Of a DNA stretch of 64,000 nt, positions 40,253 through 51,267 are shown piece by piece. The notes beneath the pieces were generated by a model. That model was not told where the DNA came from. It made no database searches and saw only the letters and a list, made by a program, of their open reading frames with translations. The stretch spans positions 5,529 through 69,528 of the forward strand of contig JBHPGJ010000005.1 of NCBI GenBank assembly GCA_042570545.1. Direction: 5' to 3'. Within the stretch, counting starts at the first letter, position 1; every line of letters begins with the position of its first letter. The DNA comes from Patescibacteria group bacterium. Its GTDB lineage: Bacteria > Patescibacteriota > Patescibacteriia > JBHPGJ01. Both the position numbers and the translations under genes were made by a program.

Positions 40253-40912
40253 TTATTTTCCAAAAGTGTAGCCGAATAATTCAATATCTTCCTGAAAATG
40301 CCGGGCAACAAAATCTTTAGTATACGTATCATAATATTCAGAATAATTTTTGTGTCGACTCACGTTTTTGAACGGTAAAGAGACATCAATTCCGATAGTA
40401 TTTGTCACATAAGAAAAATCATTTTCTAGATTTTCAAATCGGCCGATAAAGTCAACCAGCTGAGCAGACTCAAAATAAAAGAAATCTTTTTGTGTATACA
40501 TCCAATTTTTTACAAACCATTCCAGATAAGAGCGAAAAGAATCTAATTTTTTAACTTTTTTATGACGAATATTATTTTTACTCTGAGATATAAAGTGATA
40601 TAAGGAAACATGGAGATCCCACGGATTTCTTACAAAACCGAATTTAAATGCTTCTTGCCAAAAAGCAGGGTTAATATTATTTTTCACGTCAAATGCAGTC
40701 TGGTGCTTATTAAAAGAGGGAATAAATGGCACGTAACGGCTGATAAAGGGATTTAACCGCTGGCCGAAAGGGGAGCCCTCACAAAGTTTATGAAGCCAGG
40801 CGCTGTGGAGAGGATTGATAACGCCATATGATTTAAGGGCATTGACAATACTTTCTCCCGCCACTTTTCGGTTGTGGATAAAGATAAATTTATTTTTATA
40901 AGAAATTAGCAT
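40253..40912 (-). CDS. Sulfotransferase (carbohydrate-sulfotransferase/Sulfotransfer_2-like)
   Basis: 5'-PSB 'FIFIHNRKVAGESI' (compare PKVACT/PKTGGT) and 3'-PB 'FVRNPWDLHVSLYHF' (compare VRDPFERLVSAY). Confidence 0.6.
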   Translation of the reverse strand: MLISYKNKFIFIHNRKVAGESIVNALKSYGVINPLHSAWLHKLCEGSPFGQRLNPFISRYVPFIPSFNKHQTAFDVKNNINPAFWQEAFKFGFVRNPWDLHVSLYHFISQSKNNIRHKKVKKLDSFRSYLEWFVKNWMYTQKDFFYFESAQLVDFIGRFENLENDFSYVTNTIGIDVSLPFKNVSRHKNYSEYYDTYTKDFVARHFQEDIELFGYTFGK

Positions 40913-40918
40913 AATTGG

Positions 40919-42052
40919 CTATTTATTGCGGAGATCATAATAATACTGATTAAGCCTTTTAGTGTATTTAGTAAGATAAAATTGTTGAGCGTTTGTTAAA
41001 CCGTTTTTTGATAAATTATTTCGTAATTTATCGTTACGATTTAAAAAATTAATTTTATTTTTTAAATCACCGCTATTATCAATGTTAAAAAATATTCCAT
41101 TAACATTATCAGTAATAATTTCTTTTAGAGCCGGTATATTGGCCGCAATAACGGGTATGCCCATAGATTGGGCCTCCACCGCCACTAAGCCCATGGATTC
41201 ACTGGAAGATGGGACAACCAAACAATCTAAAAGGGAATAAAACCACGCCATATTGTTTACAAAACCCAAGTAATTAATATTATTAGAATGTCCACTAGAA
41301 CTAATTAACCGCAGCATTTTATCCCTTTCTGGTCCATCGCCTGCAATTAATAATTTTATTTTGTCGTTATCATTTAATAACTCTAAAACTGAATTTATCA
41401 TTCTTTCCCATCCTTTTTCTGGATCTATTCTACCAGAAAAACCAATTACGAATTGATTTGATTGTATTCCCAAATTAGTTCTCTCATTTTTTATATCCCA
41501 AGTAATATTTTCTTTAGAGTATTTATTCTGATTAACGAAATTACTTAATAATATTATCCGGTTTTTACTAATTTTAGCTTTATCAATGAAAGCATTTCTG
41601 ACATAGTTTGAAACAGCAATAAATTTATCAACTACTAATCCAAAAAAATTAAGGTAAAAGATATACCATAAATACTTAAAACCCTTATTATGAGTTGATA
41701 TAAGAAAACCATGCTCGTGATAGATAATATTAATTCGGTGAATAAAAAAGATTTTTAAAAAAAAGGCATACAGCAAGGGTTTTGCAAGATGCAGATGTAG
41801 TATTTCGAAATTATTCTTTTTAATTATATTTTTTAGTTCAAGTAAAATACTAAAACTAAATTTGTAAGGTTTAAATGAGTTAAAGTAAAATACTTTGTCA
41901 TTTATATTATTGAAAATGTTGACCTGAGTTTTCTTAAATACATAAACAAAGTGATTATCAAGATTCTGACATAAATCTCTCACTTGCGATTGGGCTCCTC
42001 CCAGATATGAGTTTGATATAATGTGTAATACTTTTATCTTTTCGGCGGTCAT
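40919..42052 (-). CDS. GT4 (GT-B) glycosyltransferase
   Basis: 'KVLHIISNSYLGGAQSQV' N-domain and 'SESMGLVAVEAQSMGIPVIAANIPALKEIITDNVNGIFF'. Confidence 0.8.
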   Translation of the reverse strand: MTAEKIKVLHIISNSYLGGAQSQVRDLCQNLDNHFVYVFKKTQVNIFNNINDKVFYFNSFKPYKFSFSILLELKNIIKKNNFEILHLHLAKPLLYAFFLKIFFIHRINIIYHEHGFLISTHNKGFKYLWYIFYLNFFGLVVDKFIAVSNYVRNAFIDKAKISKNRIILLSNFVNQNKYSKENITWDIKNERTNLGIQSNQFVIGFSGRIDPEKGWERMINSVLELLNDNDKIKLLIAGDGPERDKMLRLISSSGHSNNINYLGFVNNMAWFYSLLDCLVVPSSSESMGLVAVEAQSMGIPVIAANIPALKEIITDNVNGIFFNIDNSGDLKNKINFLNRNDKLRNNLSKNGLTNAQQFYLTKYTKRLNQYYYDLRNK

Positions 42053-42092
42053 TATTCTATGATCTTTTTACGTTACCGGTAAAAATAATGTA

Positions 42093-42857
42093 TCATTGAT
42101 TACCTTTACTTTGAAAAACAAACTGATTACATCCCGATATTCCCAAGGGCGGTATGACTTTTAATAATTTAAAACCACGTCGGTTTAAAAATTCAATCAC
42201 TTCAGACTTAGTGGCATATTCATAAGGATAACCACCGAGCCAATCGATGGCATCGTAATAAAATTTCATTCCACGTTTTTTCTTAAAAAACCTTCGACGA
42301 TAAATTAATATCTTCAACGGCGCTACCAGAATGAAGTAGAATAATTCAATTAACCACTTAATTATGCGAGGCGAATGATGATAAAGCCACTTTTCTATTT
42401 TCCAGAAGGGACTCATAAAATTTTTATTATAAATAGCTAACATTAATAATCCATCAAGGTGGACCAATTTAGTAGCATTATCGATCGCCTGCCACATATC
42501 TCCGGTATGATGTAGCGATCCCCAGGCATAGACAATATCAAATTTACCCAAGGCAGTAATTTGTGGATCTAAAGCAGATAATTTTTTAAATTTAATATCG
42601 TTGATATTATATTTTACTGCATTTTCAATCGAACATTGAATTGAGCTGGGCAATACATCAATACCAATGACTGGCTTGGCGCCTAATTGATGGGCGCCAA
42701 TGCTAAATATTCCTGAACCACAGCCAATGTCGATAAAGCTCTTATTAGACAATCTTCTCGGTCCAAACAACTGTTCTAGGGATTTTATAGCTTCATCAAA
42801 TTCAGTTTTGGTTAATGATTTAGAATAATTTCTCCAATTTTTCCCAAAATCAAACAT
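42093..42857 (-). CDS. Class I SAM-dependent methyltransferase
   Basis: Motif I 'FIDIGCGSGIFSIGAHQLGAKPVIGIDV'. Confidence 0.75.
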   Translation of the reverse strand: MFDFGKNWRNYSKSLTKTEFDEAIKSLEQLFGPRRLSNKSFIDIGCGSGIFSIGAHQLGAKPVIGIDVLPSSIQCSIENAVKYNINDIKFKKLSALDPQITALGKFDIVYAWGSLHHTGDMWQAIDNATKLVHLDGLLMLAIYNKNFMSPFWKIEKWLYHHSPRIIKWLIELFYFILVAPLKILIYRRRFFKKKRGMKFYYDAIDWLGGYPYEYATKSEVIEFLNRRGFKLLKVIPPLGISGCNQFVFQSKGNQ

Positions 42858-42885
42858 AGGATTTAATAATCTTTGAATAATAAAA

Positions 42886-43692
42886 TCACGACTGAATAAC
42901 TACGGCAACATAGGGGGAGAGGAACCTATTTTTACCGTTGTATTTAATAATCTTAGCAAAACGAGAAATGATAGAACTAAATAAATTAAAAAAATATTTT
43001 AATCTTGTATGTTTATTACCAAAAAAGGTTACTCCCAAATTAATCCCACCGCAATAATCAATATATTTAGTTTTTAAATCTAGCTTTTGGCATACATTTT
43101 TTACTGCCTCAAGATTAGTAATTGATAAATTGTGCTCTAATAAGTCATCTTTATTTATCGCTCGTTGAAGTCGATAATTTAAGCTTTTGTGCTGTTTGTC
43201 AAAATTGGGAACAGTAATAATTAATATCCCATTTTCATTTAATATTTTTAAGTGCTTTTTAATTATGTTTTCAACATCAGGAAAATGTTCAATAAATCCC
43301 AGACTAAGAACCAGATCATATTTTTTACTAAAATTGTAGTTTAAAAAATCATCGTAAATCAGTTCGTAATCATTAACTCCCAATAATCTCAAGTTCTCCT
43401 TAGTTTTTGCTACCCCCACTTCGCTGTATTCAATCCCGGCAACATTCATATTATGTTTTATTTTAAAATAATGCATCCAGATTCCTGGAGCGCAACCAAT
43501 TTCTATCATACTTTTTTTATCTGAAGAGTATTTATCAAACAAAGCCGTCAACAAAGTAATCGGATTTTTTTTTACATCAACAGTTGTTGGTAGATTGGAT
43601 CTATCCCATCTGCCGGACCAGTAATGTGAGTCAGTAATTTCTTTTTCCATGTAAATGTTTTTATGTATTTTGCTTAAATAATTGATGCTCAA
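42886..43692 (-). CDS. Class I SAM-dependent methyltransferase
   Basis: 'MIEIGCAPGIWMHYF...VAGIEYSE'. Confidence 0.7.
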   Translation of the reverse strand: MSINYLSKIHKNIYMEKEITDSHYWSGRWDRSNLPTTVDVKKNPITLLTALFDKYSSDKKSMIEIGCAPGIWMHYFKIKHNMNVAGIEYSEVGVAKTKENLRLLGVNDYELIYDDFLNYNFSKKYDLVLSLGFIEHFPDVENIIKKHLKILNENGILIITVPNFDKQHKSLNYRLQRAINKDDLLEHNLSITNLEAVKNVCQKLDLKTKYIDYCGGINLGVTFFGNKHTRLKYFFNLFSSIISRFAKIIKYNGKNRFLSPYVAVVIQS

Positions 43693-43710
43693 ATTAATAA
43701 TATTTTCGTA

Positions 43711-45516
43711 TTATACCATCCATTTCTCATACCACCTATTAAACGAAAATAATACCCAAAATAGATGTGAATAATCAGAATCTCCTTTTTGATGCTTTTT
43801 CCACAACTTTTTTAATTGTTCCTTATCATAGTAATTAAATAATTCAAAGTTGAATAATTTATCGTAAAAATAATCTTTTAATTCCTTTCTAATATAATGT
43901 TCTAGGGGCACCCCGAAACCTTTCTTTTTCCGGCGCAGTACCTTAGCTGGAATAAGACCGTGAAAAGCTTTTTTTAAGATGTATTTTTTTTGTCCAGATC
44001 TGAATTTGTATTTCAAAGGCAAATTATTAACATATTCCACCAAGCGGTGGTCTAAAAACGGTATTCTGCCTTCTAAGCTTACACCCATAGTTGCCCTGTC
44101 CTCTTTGACTAGTAGATCGTTTGGTAAATATTCATTTTGATCAAAGTTTAAAATATTAAAAATGGAATTATCATACCGAAATAGCTTATCAAAGTCCTTT
44201 AGTGATTTATCGGCGCCAATTTTCAACTCATCTTTATCTCTGAATAAATAGCTAAAAAGTTTTAGATATAATTCCTGTTCATTCTTTACGTTTAATAAAA
44301 TATTTAATTTATTTGCCTTATCTTTATTTAATAATTTGTAAATAACACTTAGGGATTTTTTAAGCCAGGCAGGTAAGCGCCTAAGTTTGTTTAAATATAT
44401 GAAATCACTATAGCGGTTGTAGCCGAAAAATATCTCGTCGCCACCAGTACCGGATAGACACACTTTGACTTGTTTTTTTGCCACACTGGCAACCAAGTAG
44501 GTCGGAATCATAGAAGGATCCCCAAGCGGTTCATTAAAATAATCAACTAGATTTGGGATTAGCTGTTTAATTTTCTGAGCGTCGAATCTTATTTCGTAAT
44601 GATTGGTTTCTAGTTCTTGAGCAATTTTTTTTGCCCATTCGGCTTCATCGTAATCTTTATAATCAAAAGATATTGAATAGGTTTTAAGATTCTTATTATA
44701 TTTTTTCATTAAATAACAAATGATAGAACTATCAATACCCCCCGACAGAAAAGCACCAACTGGTACGTCGGCAATCATCCTTTTTTTTACAGAGTCATCC
44801 AGTAAATGTCGTATGGTGTTGGTGGCCTCCGGAAAAGGTATGTCCTGTTCTGAAAAATGATTATCCCAATATTTGGTAATTGAAAAAGTCTTTCTTTCTA
44901 TATCAAATATACCATAAGAACCAGGTGGCAGTTTATTGATATTATTAATAATGGATTGATTGCCAGGAACAAAACCTAAAAATAAATAATGATTTAATGC
45001 TTGTTTGTTAATTTCCTTTTTAATGCCAGCCTTAAGGAATAACTTCAATTCTGATCCAAACAGAAAATTCCCATCTTTATGATAAAAATAGAATGGTTTA
45101 AAACCAAGCCGGTCTCGGGCCACAAATAATATTTTTTTTATCTTGTCATAAACACAAAAAGCAAAGTCACCATTTAGATATTCGGGACAATTCTCACCCC
45201 ATTCGATATAGGCGTTTAATAAAACCTCAGTGTCTGTCTTGGTACGAAATTTATAACCTCGTTTAAGTAATTTTTCTTTCAGTTCTATGAAATTGTATAT
45301 TTCACCATTATATACAATAATGTAATTTTTTGTAGCATCGGTAAAAGGTTGCTTGCCGTCTTCAGACAAATCTAAAATTGCTAGTCTTTTATGCGCAAAG
45401 CTTACATTATTATCTTGATATGATCCATCCTGATCCGGGCCCCGATATTCCATGAGACAACTTAAATCTATAAGTTGTTTTTCTTCTATGAAATTACTGC
45501 CTACTATGCCACACAT
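43711..45516 (-). CDS. Asparagine synthetase B-type glutamine amidotransferase (WbpS-like glycan amidotransferase candidate)
   Basis: N-terminal 'MCGIVG' Ntn nucleophile, 'YNGEIYNF', and the PP-loop 'SGGIDSS'. Confidence 0.8.
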   Translation of the reverse strand: MCGIVGSNFIEEKQLIDLSCLMEYRGPDQDGSYQDNNVSFAHKRLAILDLSEDGKQPFTDATKNYIIVYNGEIYNFIELKEKLLKRGYKFRTKTDTEVLLNAYIEWGENCPEYLNGDFAFCVYDKIKKILFVARDRLGFKPFYFYHKDGNFLFGSELKLFLKAGIKKEINKQALNHYLFLGFVPGNQSIINNINKLPPGSYGIFDIERKTFSITKYWDNHFSEQDIPFPEATNTIRHLLDDSVKKRMIADVPVGAFLSGGIDSSIICYLMKKYNKNLKTYSISFDYKDYDEAEWAKKIAQELETNHYEIRFDAQKIKQLIPNLVDYFNEPLGDPSMIPTYLVASVAKKQVKVCLSGTGGDEIFFGYNRYSDFIYLNKLRRLPAWLKKSLSVIYKLLNKDKANKLNILLNVKNEQELYLKLFSYLFRDKDELKIGADKSLKDFDKLFRYDNSIFNILNFDQNEYLPNDLLVKEDRATMGVSLEGRIPFLDHRLVEYVNNLPLKYKFRSGQKKYILKKAFHGLIPAKVLRRKKKGFGVPLEHYIRKELKDYFYDKLFNFELFNYYDKEQLKKLWKKHQKGDSDYSHLFWVLFSFNRWYEKWMV

Positions 45517-45520
45517 ATAT

Positions 45521-46627
45521 TTATAAATTTTTTAATATAGTTAGTAACATATCCGAATTCTTGTTAATATCATGATTTATCACAGCGTACTGAAATGCCT
45601 TTTGGCTCATGTTGTTATATGATTCTCTATCTGATGTTAACCGATGTAAATATTTCTTCAGTAGTTCTGAATCATTATTACAATAATATCCACAGCCATA
45701 CTTAGTGATAAAGTAGTCGGGATTTACTGCTAAACTTAAAATTGGCACTTTATTTTTAGCGGCTTGAATGAACGTATTGGGGAAGCCTTCATATTTTGAA
45801 GTATTAACAAATGCTTTGGCCTTTCTGAAATAATCATCGATTTCAATAAAAGGAACAAATTTAATAAAACGTAAGTTTTTTATATTAGATGCCTCCTGGG
45901 CAAGCTTATCAGATAATCCTGGGTTCTCGGTGGCGGGCGGGCAAATCATTACAAAATGTTCTTGAGGAAAATTTTTGGCTAACTCAATAAATTTTTCCGG
46001 TTGTTTCCAGGGCATGCTCCTGGCCACCCAGAGAATATATTCACCAGCATTTTTATTAAAATCATTTATTGAGTATCCTGATCGAATTAAAACTGATTGA
46101 CATCTTTTTAATTCACGTAGTTTGTCTGCTTGATAGTTATTCTGAACAATTATTACGTTAGCAATTTTAAAAGTTAAATTGGCCAACTTTTTACTTATGT
46201 AGTGTTTATATATATTATGGGTATCATCTGTTTCTGAATTATGCGAGACCATATAGATCAGCTTTTTCCGCTTAAATTTGCAATATAGGGCAATTAGCCC
46301 AGATAAAGGAGTTAGTGTCCGCTGAAGATAAATGTCGGCATTTATACGGTTGAAGCTTGATATGAATTGTCCGATTTGTCTGATAATATTATGCTTGAAA
46401 TTTAAAGAGTTCCAAACTTTTATCTGGTTGTATTCTTCCAGTTTATTTTGACCAAAATCGGCAACCATAAAATGAATATCTAGACTATCATCTTTAATTA
46501 TCTCTTGGGCCAGCAAATATAGCTGAACCTCGGCTCCGCCAAAGGTTGATTTTACTTTAGGATTAAACAGCTGATAAGCTTTGGGAGAGATAAAGCAAAC
46601 TCTGCTTCTTTGTCTTTCTTTTTCCAT
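45521..46627 (-). CDS. GT4-like (GT-B) glycosyltransferase
   Basis: 'FGGAEVQLYLLAQEI' N-domain and C-terminal 'NTSKYEGFPNTFIQAAKNKVPILS'. Confidence 0.65.
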   Translation of the reverse strand: MEKERQRSRVCFISPKAYQLFNPKVKSTFGGAEVQLYLLAQEIIKDDSLDIHFMVADFGQNKLEEYNQIKVWNSLNFKHNIIRQIGQFISSFNRINADIYLQRTLTPLSGLIALYCKFKRKKLIYMVSHNSETDDTHNIYKHYISKKLANLTFKIANVIIVQNNYQADKLRELKRCQSVLIRSGYSINDFNKNAGEYILWVARSMPWKQPEKFIELAKNFPQEHFVMICPPATENPGLSDKLAQEASNIKNLRFIKFVPFIEIDDYFRKAKAFVNTSKYEGFPNTFIQAAKNKVPILSLAVNPDYFITKYGCGYYCNNDSELLKKYLHRLTSDRESYNNMSQKAFQYAVINHDINKNSDMLLTILKNL

Positions 46628-46628
46628 G

Positions 46629-47504
46629 TTAATAATGCTTCCTATAAACCCATTTCTTATTAAAAGGATAACTAATAATAGTAGCCAGAAATCTTGTTAA
46701 TGGTCCTTTATTAATTTTCCAATTATCATCTTTTTTTATTTGTGAAAATTCTTTTCTTTTTTCAGTGCGGGCCAGGCGGTTGCCACCCAAATTATGGTAA
46801 TCCATTAACCGGATGATTTCCGGGTAATTATCAGGAATCACAATATCTATAAACGATCCGATTGTTTTTAAATATTTATTGGGATTCTCACAGAACTGAT
46901 CATAGCTGATAACCAAGCTTTTTACTTGTGATAATCTCAGATAGCGAAAGATTAACTTATTGACGAATATCCACTTAAGAAGAGATATAAAATAATTTTT
47001 CGGTTTTTTTCCTTCCACCATCTTATTAAATGAATTTGCTGTTCCCCGGCCATCCCGGACAATGTGTATGTTATAAACTTCCAATCTATTATCATTAACC
47101 AATTCAATAAGACGACCAAGCTCTTTAGAGGAATCTAAAATAAAATCCGTATTAGGCGGTAAATTGTTTTGAATCTGGTTTAACAACAAGTAATTTTCTG
47201 GACTTGACAGCTGACCAATCTTTTTTTTGGAGAAATAAAGATATCGAAGAATAGTTAAGTAGTTTTTTAAATTTGCTCTGTTTACAATCCTGATATCCCT
47301 AGTAATAATACGGCTCCAAAAATTGCAATGTGTCATATTTTTACCGCATGAGCATAACCGATCGTCATTTTTATATTCGTTATAGCGATATATTTCACCC
47401 ACACTAAAAACATTTGGGCTGGTTGAGATAATTATATCAAGTAGGGTAGAGCCGCTACGCCCTAAACCCGAGATATATATGACCTTTATCTTGTTGTCAT
47501 CCAT
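46629..47504 (-). CDS. Sulfotransferase (Stf0/Sulfotransfer_3-like)
   Basis: 5'-PSB 'IYISGLGRSGSTLL' and 3'-PB 'IVRDGRGTANS'. Confidence 0.7.
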   Translation of the reverse strand: MDDNKIKVIYISGLGRSGSTLLDIIISTSPNVFSVGEIYRYNEYKNDDRLCSCGKNMTHCNFWSRIITRDIRIVNRANLKNYLTILRYLYFSKKKIGQLSSPENYLLLNQIQNNLPPNTDFILDSSKELGRLIELVNDNRLEVYNIHIVRDGRGTANSFNKMVEGKKPKNYFISLLKWIFVNKLIFRYLRLSQVKSLVISYDQFCENPNKYLKTIGSFIDIVIPDNYPEIIRLMDYHNLGGNRLARTEKRKEFSQIKKDDNWKINKGPLTRFLATIISYPFNKKWVYRKHY

Positions 47505-47537
47505 TAAATTAGTTGTTTAATGAAATATATAGGACTA

Positions 47538-48647
47538 TCACTTTAAAATATTATCGTATTTTTCAATAATAATTTTCCAGTCATACATTTTCTTAACTCG
47601 TTCTCGTGCAATATTTTGCGATCTTTTCATTTCATCCGGGTGGTTTATTAATTGCCAGATTGCCTGTCGAATTTTTTCTGGGTTGTTAGGGGGTAATAAT
47701 GTACCAGCCCCATTAACAGTTTCAGCACAGCCATACACATCACTTGTAATCATAGCGCAACCGGCCGACATCGCCTCAAGAAGAGCTATGCTGGCATTCT
47801 CTCTTTCCGAAACCAGGACATATATTGCCGCTTGCTCAAGTAGATTTATATATTTTTGACTTTTATTATCTAGCCAGCCGTGAAATACTATTTTTGTTTT
47901 CGACTGAGCTGCTATTTCATTAAGTTTATTCATCATTGGTCCGTCGCCGCAGACGTTCACCTGATAACCAATATCATTATCTGCTACCGCTGTAATTAAA
48001 TGTTGAAATCCTTTTCTTCTAAGAAGCCGACCGGAAGTAAAGATTGATTTGTTCTTAGTATTAGGCAAGAACGAATCCGGATCAATGCCGTTTGGGATAT
48101 AAATTAAATTAGTCAGATTGTTAGAAATATTTTTCTTAATTAAGCGCTTTAGATATTGGGATGGCGCCACCACATATTTGGAATTTACGGCTATACTTTT
48201 TAAAATGGGGCCGGTAAATTTGTGTAGAAAACTGAATCGATCAGGATTATAACCCGGCACATCGCTGCCATGACTGGTAACGATGTAGGGTAGTTTGTGA
48301 CGCTTAAAAAGCCAATAAGCGATTACGCCGGTTGGAATTAAAAAGTGTGTATGACAAATATCATAGTTACGCTTTTTATGCAATTGGCTACTAAGTCGGT
48401 AGGCGGGGATCAAATAGGTTAGCTGTTCATGTGGATAGCACATCTCTTTTTTTGAACGCCAACACCTGACCCGATAAATATTTATATTATCCTTTATTTC
48501 AAATCGGGGTATATTTTTGAACCCCATTGTAATAACATCAACTTGATGTCCAAGCCGTGCGTAGCCCTTGGCTATCTCATAACTAACCGGACTTGCTCCT
48601 CCGCCAAGTGGCGGGAACTCATAGTTTAGTACAAGTATTTTTTTCAT
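47538..48647 (-). CDS. GT4 (GT-B) glycosyltransferase
   Basis: 'ILVLNYEFPPLGGGASPV' and 'ENASIALLEAMSAGCAMITSDVYG'. Confidence 0.8.
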   Translation of the reverse strand: MKKILVLNYEFPPLGGGASPVSYEIAKGYARLGHQVDVITMGFKNIPRFEIKDNINIYRVRCWRSKKEMCYPHEQLTYLIPAYRLSSQLHKKRNYDICHTHFLIPTGVIAYWLFKRHKLPYIVTSHGSDVPGYNPDRFSFLHKFTGPILKSIAVNSKYVVAPSQYLKRLIKKNISNNLTNLIYIPNGIDPDSFLPNTKNKSIFTSGRLLRRKGFQHLITAVADNDIGYQVNVCGDGPMMNKLNEIAAQSKTKIVFHGWLDNKSQKYINLLEQAAIYVLVSERENASIALLEAMSAGCAMITSDVYGCAETVNGAGTLLPPNNPEKIRQAIWQLINHPDEMKRSQNIARERVKKMYDWKIIIEKYDNILK

Positions 48648-49450
48648 AAACTATTCTTTTTTTTATTATCTTGCATACCAACTATAATTTCATCGTGAAA
48701 ATAGCCATTAGAAGCAACTAGTCCATTAGGAAGGGTTGGTTTTTCTTTATTGTAATGAATAACCCTTCCATTTTTATCAGTTACTCTACCGCCGGCTTCA
48801 TGGAGAATAATGTCCGGTGCGCAACTGTCATATTCACTCATCCTATTAGTTGAATTAAAAAAACAGTCAGCGCCTCCCTCGGCAATTAAACTGATTTTTA
48901 CTCCATTACTACCCATTTTAATTGGTTTAGGAAGACGCAAACACTTGGCTGTGTAGGCGTCGTCGTCACTATAGTGGTTACGACTAGTTAAGAATACAGC
49001 TTTATCTAAGCGATGATTTTGTGAAACTCGTAATCTTTTTGGAGATTTCCCGCTTTCACGCAAATAGGCCCCCTTGCCAGTCTGTGCAAAATAGAGCTTT
49101 TTTTGCAACGGTAAATATACGACACCAAGGATGGGGCGACTATAGTGTACCAAGCCAATCATTATAGAAAATTCACCCGTGCCTTGAATAAAATCGGTTG
49201 TGCCATCAAGAGGATCAACAATCCATACAAATTCTTTTTTCATACGTTCCCGATCGTCAGCCTTTTCTTCGGAAATCATCCCATAATTTTTGTTTTGTAA
49301 TTGTGAAATAATTATGGCCCCAGATTGTTTATCAGCCTCCGTTACAGCCTCATTGTCTCGGTAGTCGATTTTAATATTTCTTTTGTAGTAGGTAAGTATC
49401 TTTTCACCGGCGATTTGTGCAGCAGTTTGTGCTCGAGCTAGATCAGACAT
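48644..49450 (-). CDS. cysQ: 3'(2'),5'-bisphosphate nucleotidase / inositol monophosphatase family
   Basis: 'VWIVDPLDGTTDFI' and 'WDSCAPDIIL'-type metal motifs. It is co-oriented with, and overlaps, cysNC. Confidence 0.65.
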   Translation of the reverse strand: MSDLARAQTAAQIAGEKILTYYKRNIKIDYRDNEAVTEADKQSGAIIISQLQNKNYGMISEEKADDRERMKKEFVWIVDPLDGTTDFIQGTGEFSIMIGLVHYSRPILGVVYLPLQKKLYFAQTGKGAYLRESGKSPKRLRVSQNHRLDKAVFLTSRNHYSDDDAYTAKCLRLPKPIKMGSNGVKISLIAEGGADCFFNSTNRMSEYDSCAPDIILHEAGGRVTDKNGRVIHYNKEKPTLPNGLVASNGYFHDEIIVGMQDNKKKNSL

Positions 49451-51267
49451 TATAACTTGTTAATGTAATGATGTTTTTCAAGGTAGGTAAGCAACTTTTG
49501 TACTGAATTTTCTACGCTTTCTTCGTGTGTTAGTAATTCAAGATCAGGATTTTCTGGCTCTTCGTAGGGGTGGGAAATGCCGGTAAAATCTTTAATTTTT
49601 CCTTCTTTGGCTTTTTTATACATGCCTTTGACGTCGCGTTCTTTACATATCTCCAGTGGTGCGTTGACAAAAACTTCAATATAATTTTTCACTTCTTTTT
49701 TTATTAGTTCACGCTGACGGCGATAGGGAGAAATAAAAGAAGCCAGTACTATTACGCCATGTTTACTGAGCAGCTTGGCTACAAAGGAAACGCGTTTAAT
49801 ATTTTCATCGCGGTCTTCCTTAGAAAAACCCAGATCACCAGTAAGCGATTTCCGCACGATATCACCGTCAAGACTTTCTGTACTTACGTTACGTCGATGC
49901 AGTTCCTCTGCCAGTGCATTAGCGATGGTGCTTTTGCCCGATCCGGAAAGACCAGTAAACCATACTACGGCACCTGTTTTTTTATTGGCTTTGATTATAT
50001 CTGTTTCAGACTTTTTTGGAGCGGTGCGTAAAATTATACCAGCCGCAATCGTATTATTTGTAATTTCATCAATAAGAATGAAGTTGCCGGTATTGCGATT
50101 TTTACTATAAGGATCAAAAAACAGGGGGTCGAGGGTTCTGATGAATGCTCGGCCAATATCGTTCATATTTAATTCATTATCTTTAATTCGATGAAGAGTA
50201 TCAATATTCAGACGATAATGTAATCGTGGTATAAAGGCGCTGGTAGAGCGGGTAGTATGTTTTAGGATATATCTTTTGTTTAGTTCTAGTGGTGCTTCAG
50301 CAAACCAGGATATCATAGCTTCAATTTCATCACTTGTTTCTGGTTGGTTATTTTCCCGAATTATCATTTCTCCCCGACTGACATCTAACTGGTCATTAAG
50401 TGTTATCAATGCTGACTGTGGATTAAAAGCCTCTTTTTGATTTTTATTGTCAAAAACAATGTTTTTAATCTTTGATTTTTTATTACTTGGTAATAGCATA
50501 ACTTGGTCGCCCTTTTTAATCACTCCGCCCTCAACTTTACCGGTATAGCCCCTTTCGTTGGGTGACAGTCGTATTACATTTTGAATTGGATATCTAAAAT
50601 CAATCAAATTACGGTTACTGGAAATCTCAATATTTTCCAGTAAATTAAAAAGGGTAGTACCATTGTACCAGCTCATTTTAGTTCCCCGATTAACTATCAT
50701 GTCACCATTCAAAGCTGATACGGGTATGAATTGTAGATCACGAATATCTAATTTTGCAGCAAACAAAGATAATTCATCTTTGATTGAATCGTAGGTCTCT
50801 TGTTTGAAACTAATTGAGTCCATCTTATTTATAACAATTATGATATGAGGTATGCCTAAAAGACTGGCGATAAATAGATGACGTTTTGATTGGGTGGTAA
50901 TTCCATTATGGGCATCAATTAAAATTAAAGCCATGTCGGCATTCGATGCGCCCGTGACCATGTTTCTGGTATATTGTTCGTGACCCGGAACATCAGCGAT
51001 AATAAATCTTTTTTTTGGTGTAGAAAAATATCTATAAGCTACGTCAATTGTTATCCCTTGTTCTCGCTCAGCCGATAAACCATCAGTGAATAACGATAAA
51101 TCAACTTCGTTACCACCCCTTTTTTGACTAGTTTTTTTAATTGCCTCATATTGGTCTTCATAGATTAAATTTGTATCATAGAAAAGGCGGCCAATCATTG
51201 TGGATTTACCATCGTCAACGCTACCCGCTATTACTATTCTAACTAGTTGCTTATTGCTATCCGACAC
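49450..51267 (-). CDS. cysNC: Bifunctional sulfate adenylyltransferase subunit 1 / APS kinase (NodQ-type fusion)
   Basis: N-terminal GTPase '[11 protein letters not shown]' and '[12 protein letters not shown]'. C-terminal APS kinase '[18 protein letters not shown]...LDGDIVR'. Confidence 0.9.
   Translation of the reverse strand: MSDSNKQLVRIVIAGSVDDGKSTMIGRLFYDTNLIYEDQYEAIKKTSQKRGGNEVDLSLFTDGLSAEREQGITIDVAYRYFSTPKKRFIIADVPGHEQYTRNMVTGASNADMALILIDAHNGITTQSKRHLFIASLLGIPHIIIVINKMDSISFKQETYDSIKDELSLFAAKLDIRDLQFIPVSALNGDMIVNRGTKMSWYNGTTLFNLLENIEISSNRNLIDFRYPIQNVIRLSPNERGYTGKVEGGVIKKGDQVMLLPSNKKSKIKNIVFDNKNQKEAFNPQSALITLNDQLDVSRGEMIIRENNQPETSDEIEAMISWFAEAPLELNKRYILKHTTRSTSAFIPRLHYRLNIDTLHRIKDNELNMNDIGRAFIRTLDPLFFDPYSKNRNTGNFILIDEITNNTIAAGIILRTAPKKSETDIIKANKKTGAVVWFTGLSGSGKSTIANALAEELHRRNVSTESLDGDIVRKSLTGDLGFSKEDRDENIKRVSFVAKLLSKHGVIVLASFISPYRRQRELIKKEVKNYIEVFVNAPLEICKERDVKGMYKKAKEGKIKDFTGISHPYEEPENPDLELLTHEESVENSVQKLLTYLEKHHYINKL

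Noticed and set aside
49759-50110. Two + strand ORFs (90 and 111 aa) inside cysNC
   Set aside because: They are antisense to a confidently identified APS kinase region and are common frame-shadow ORFs.
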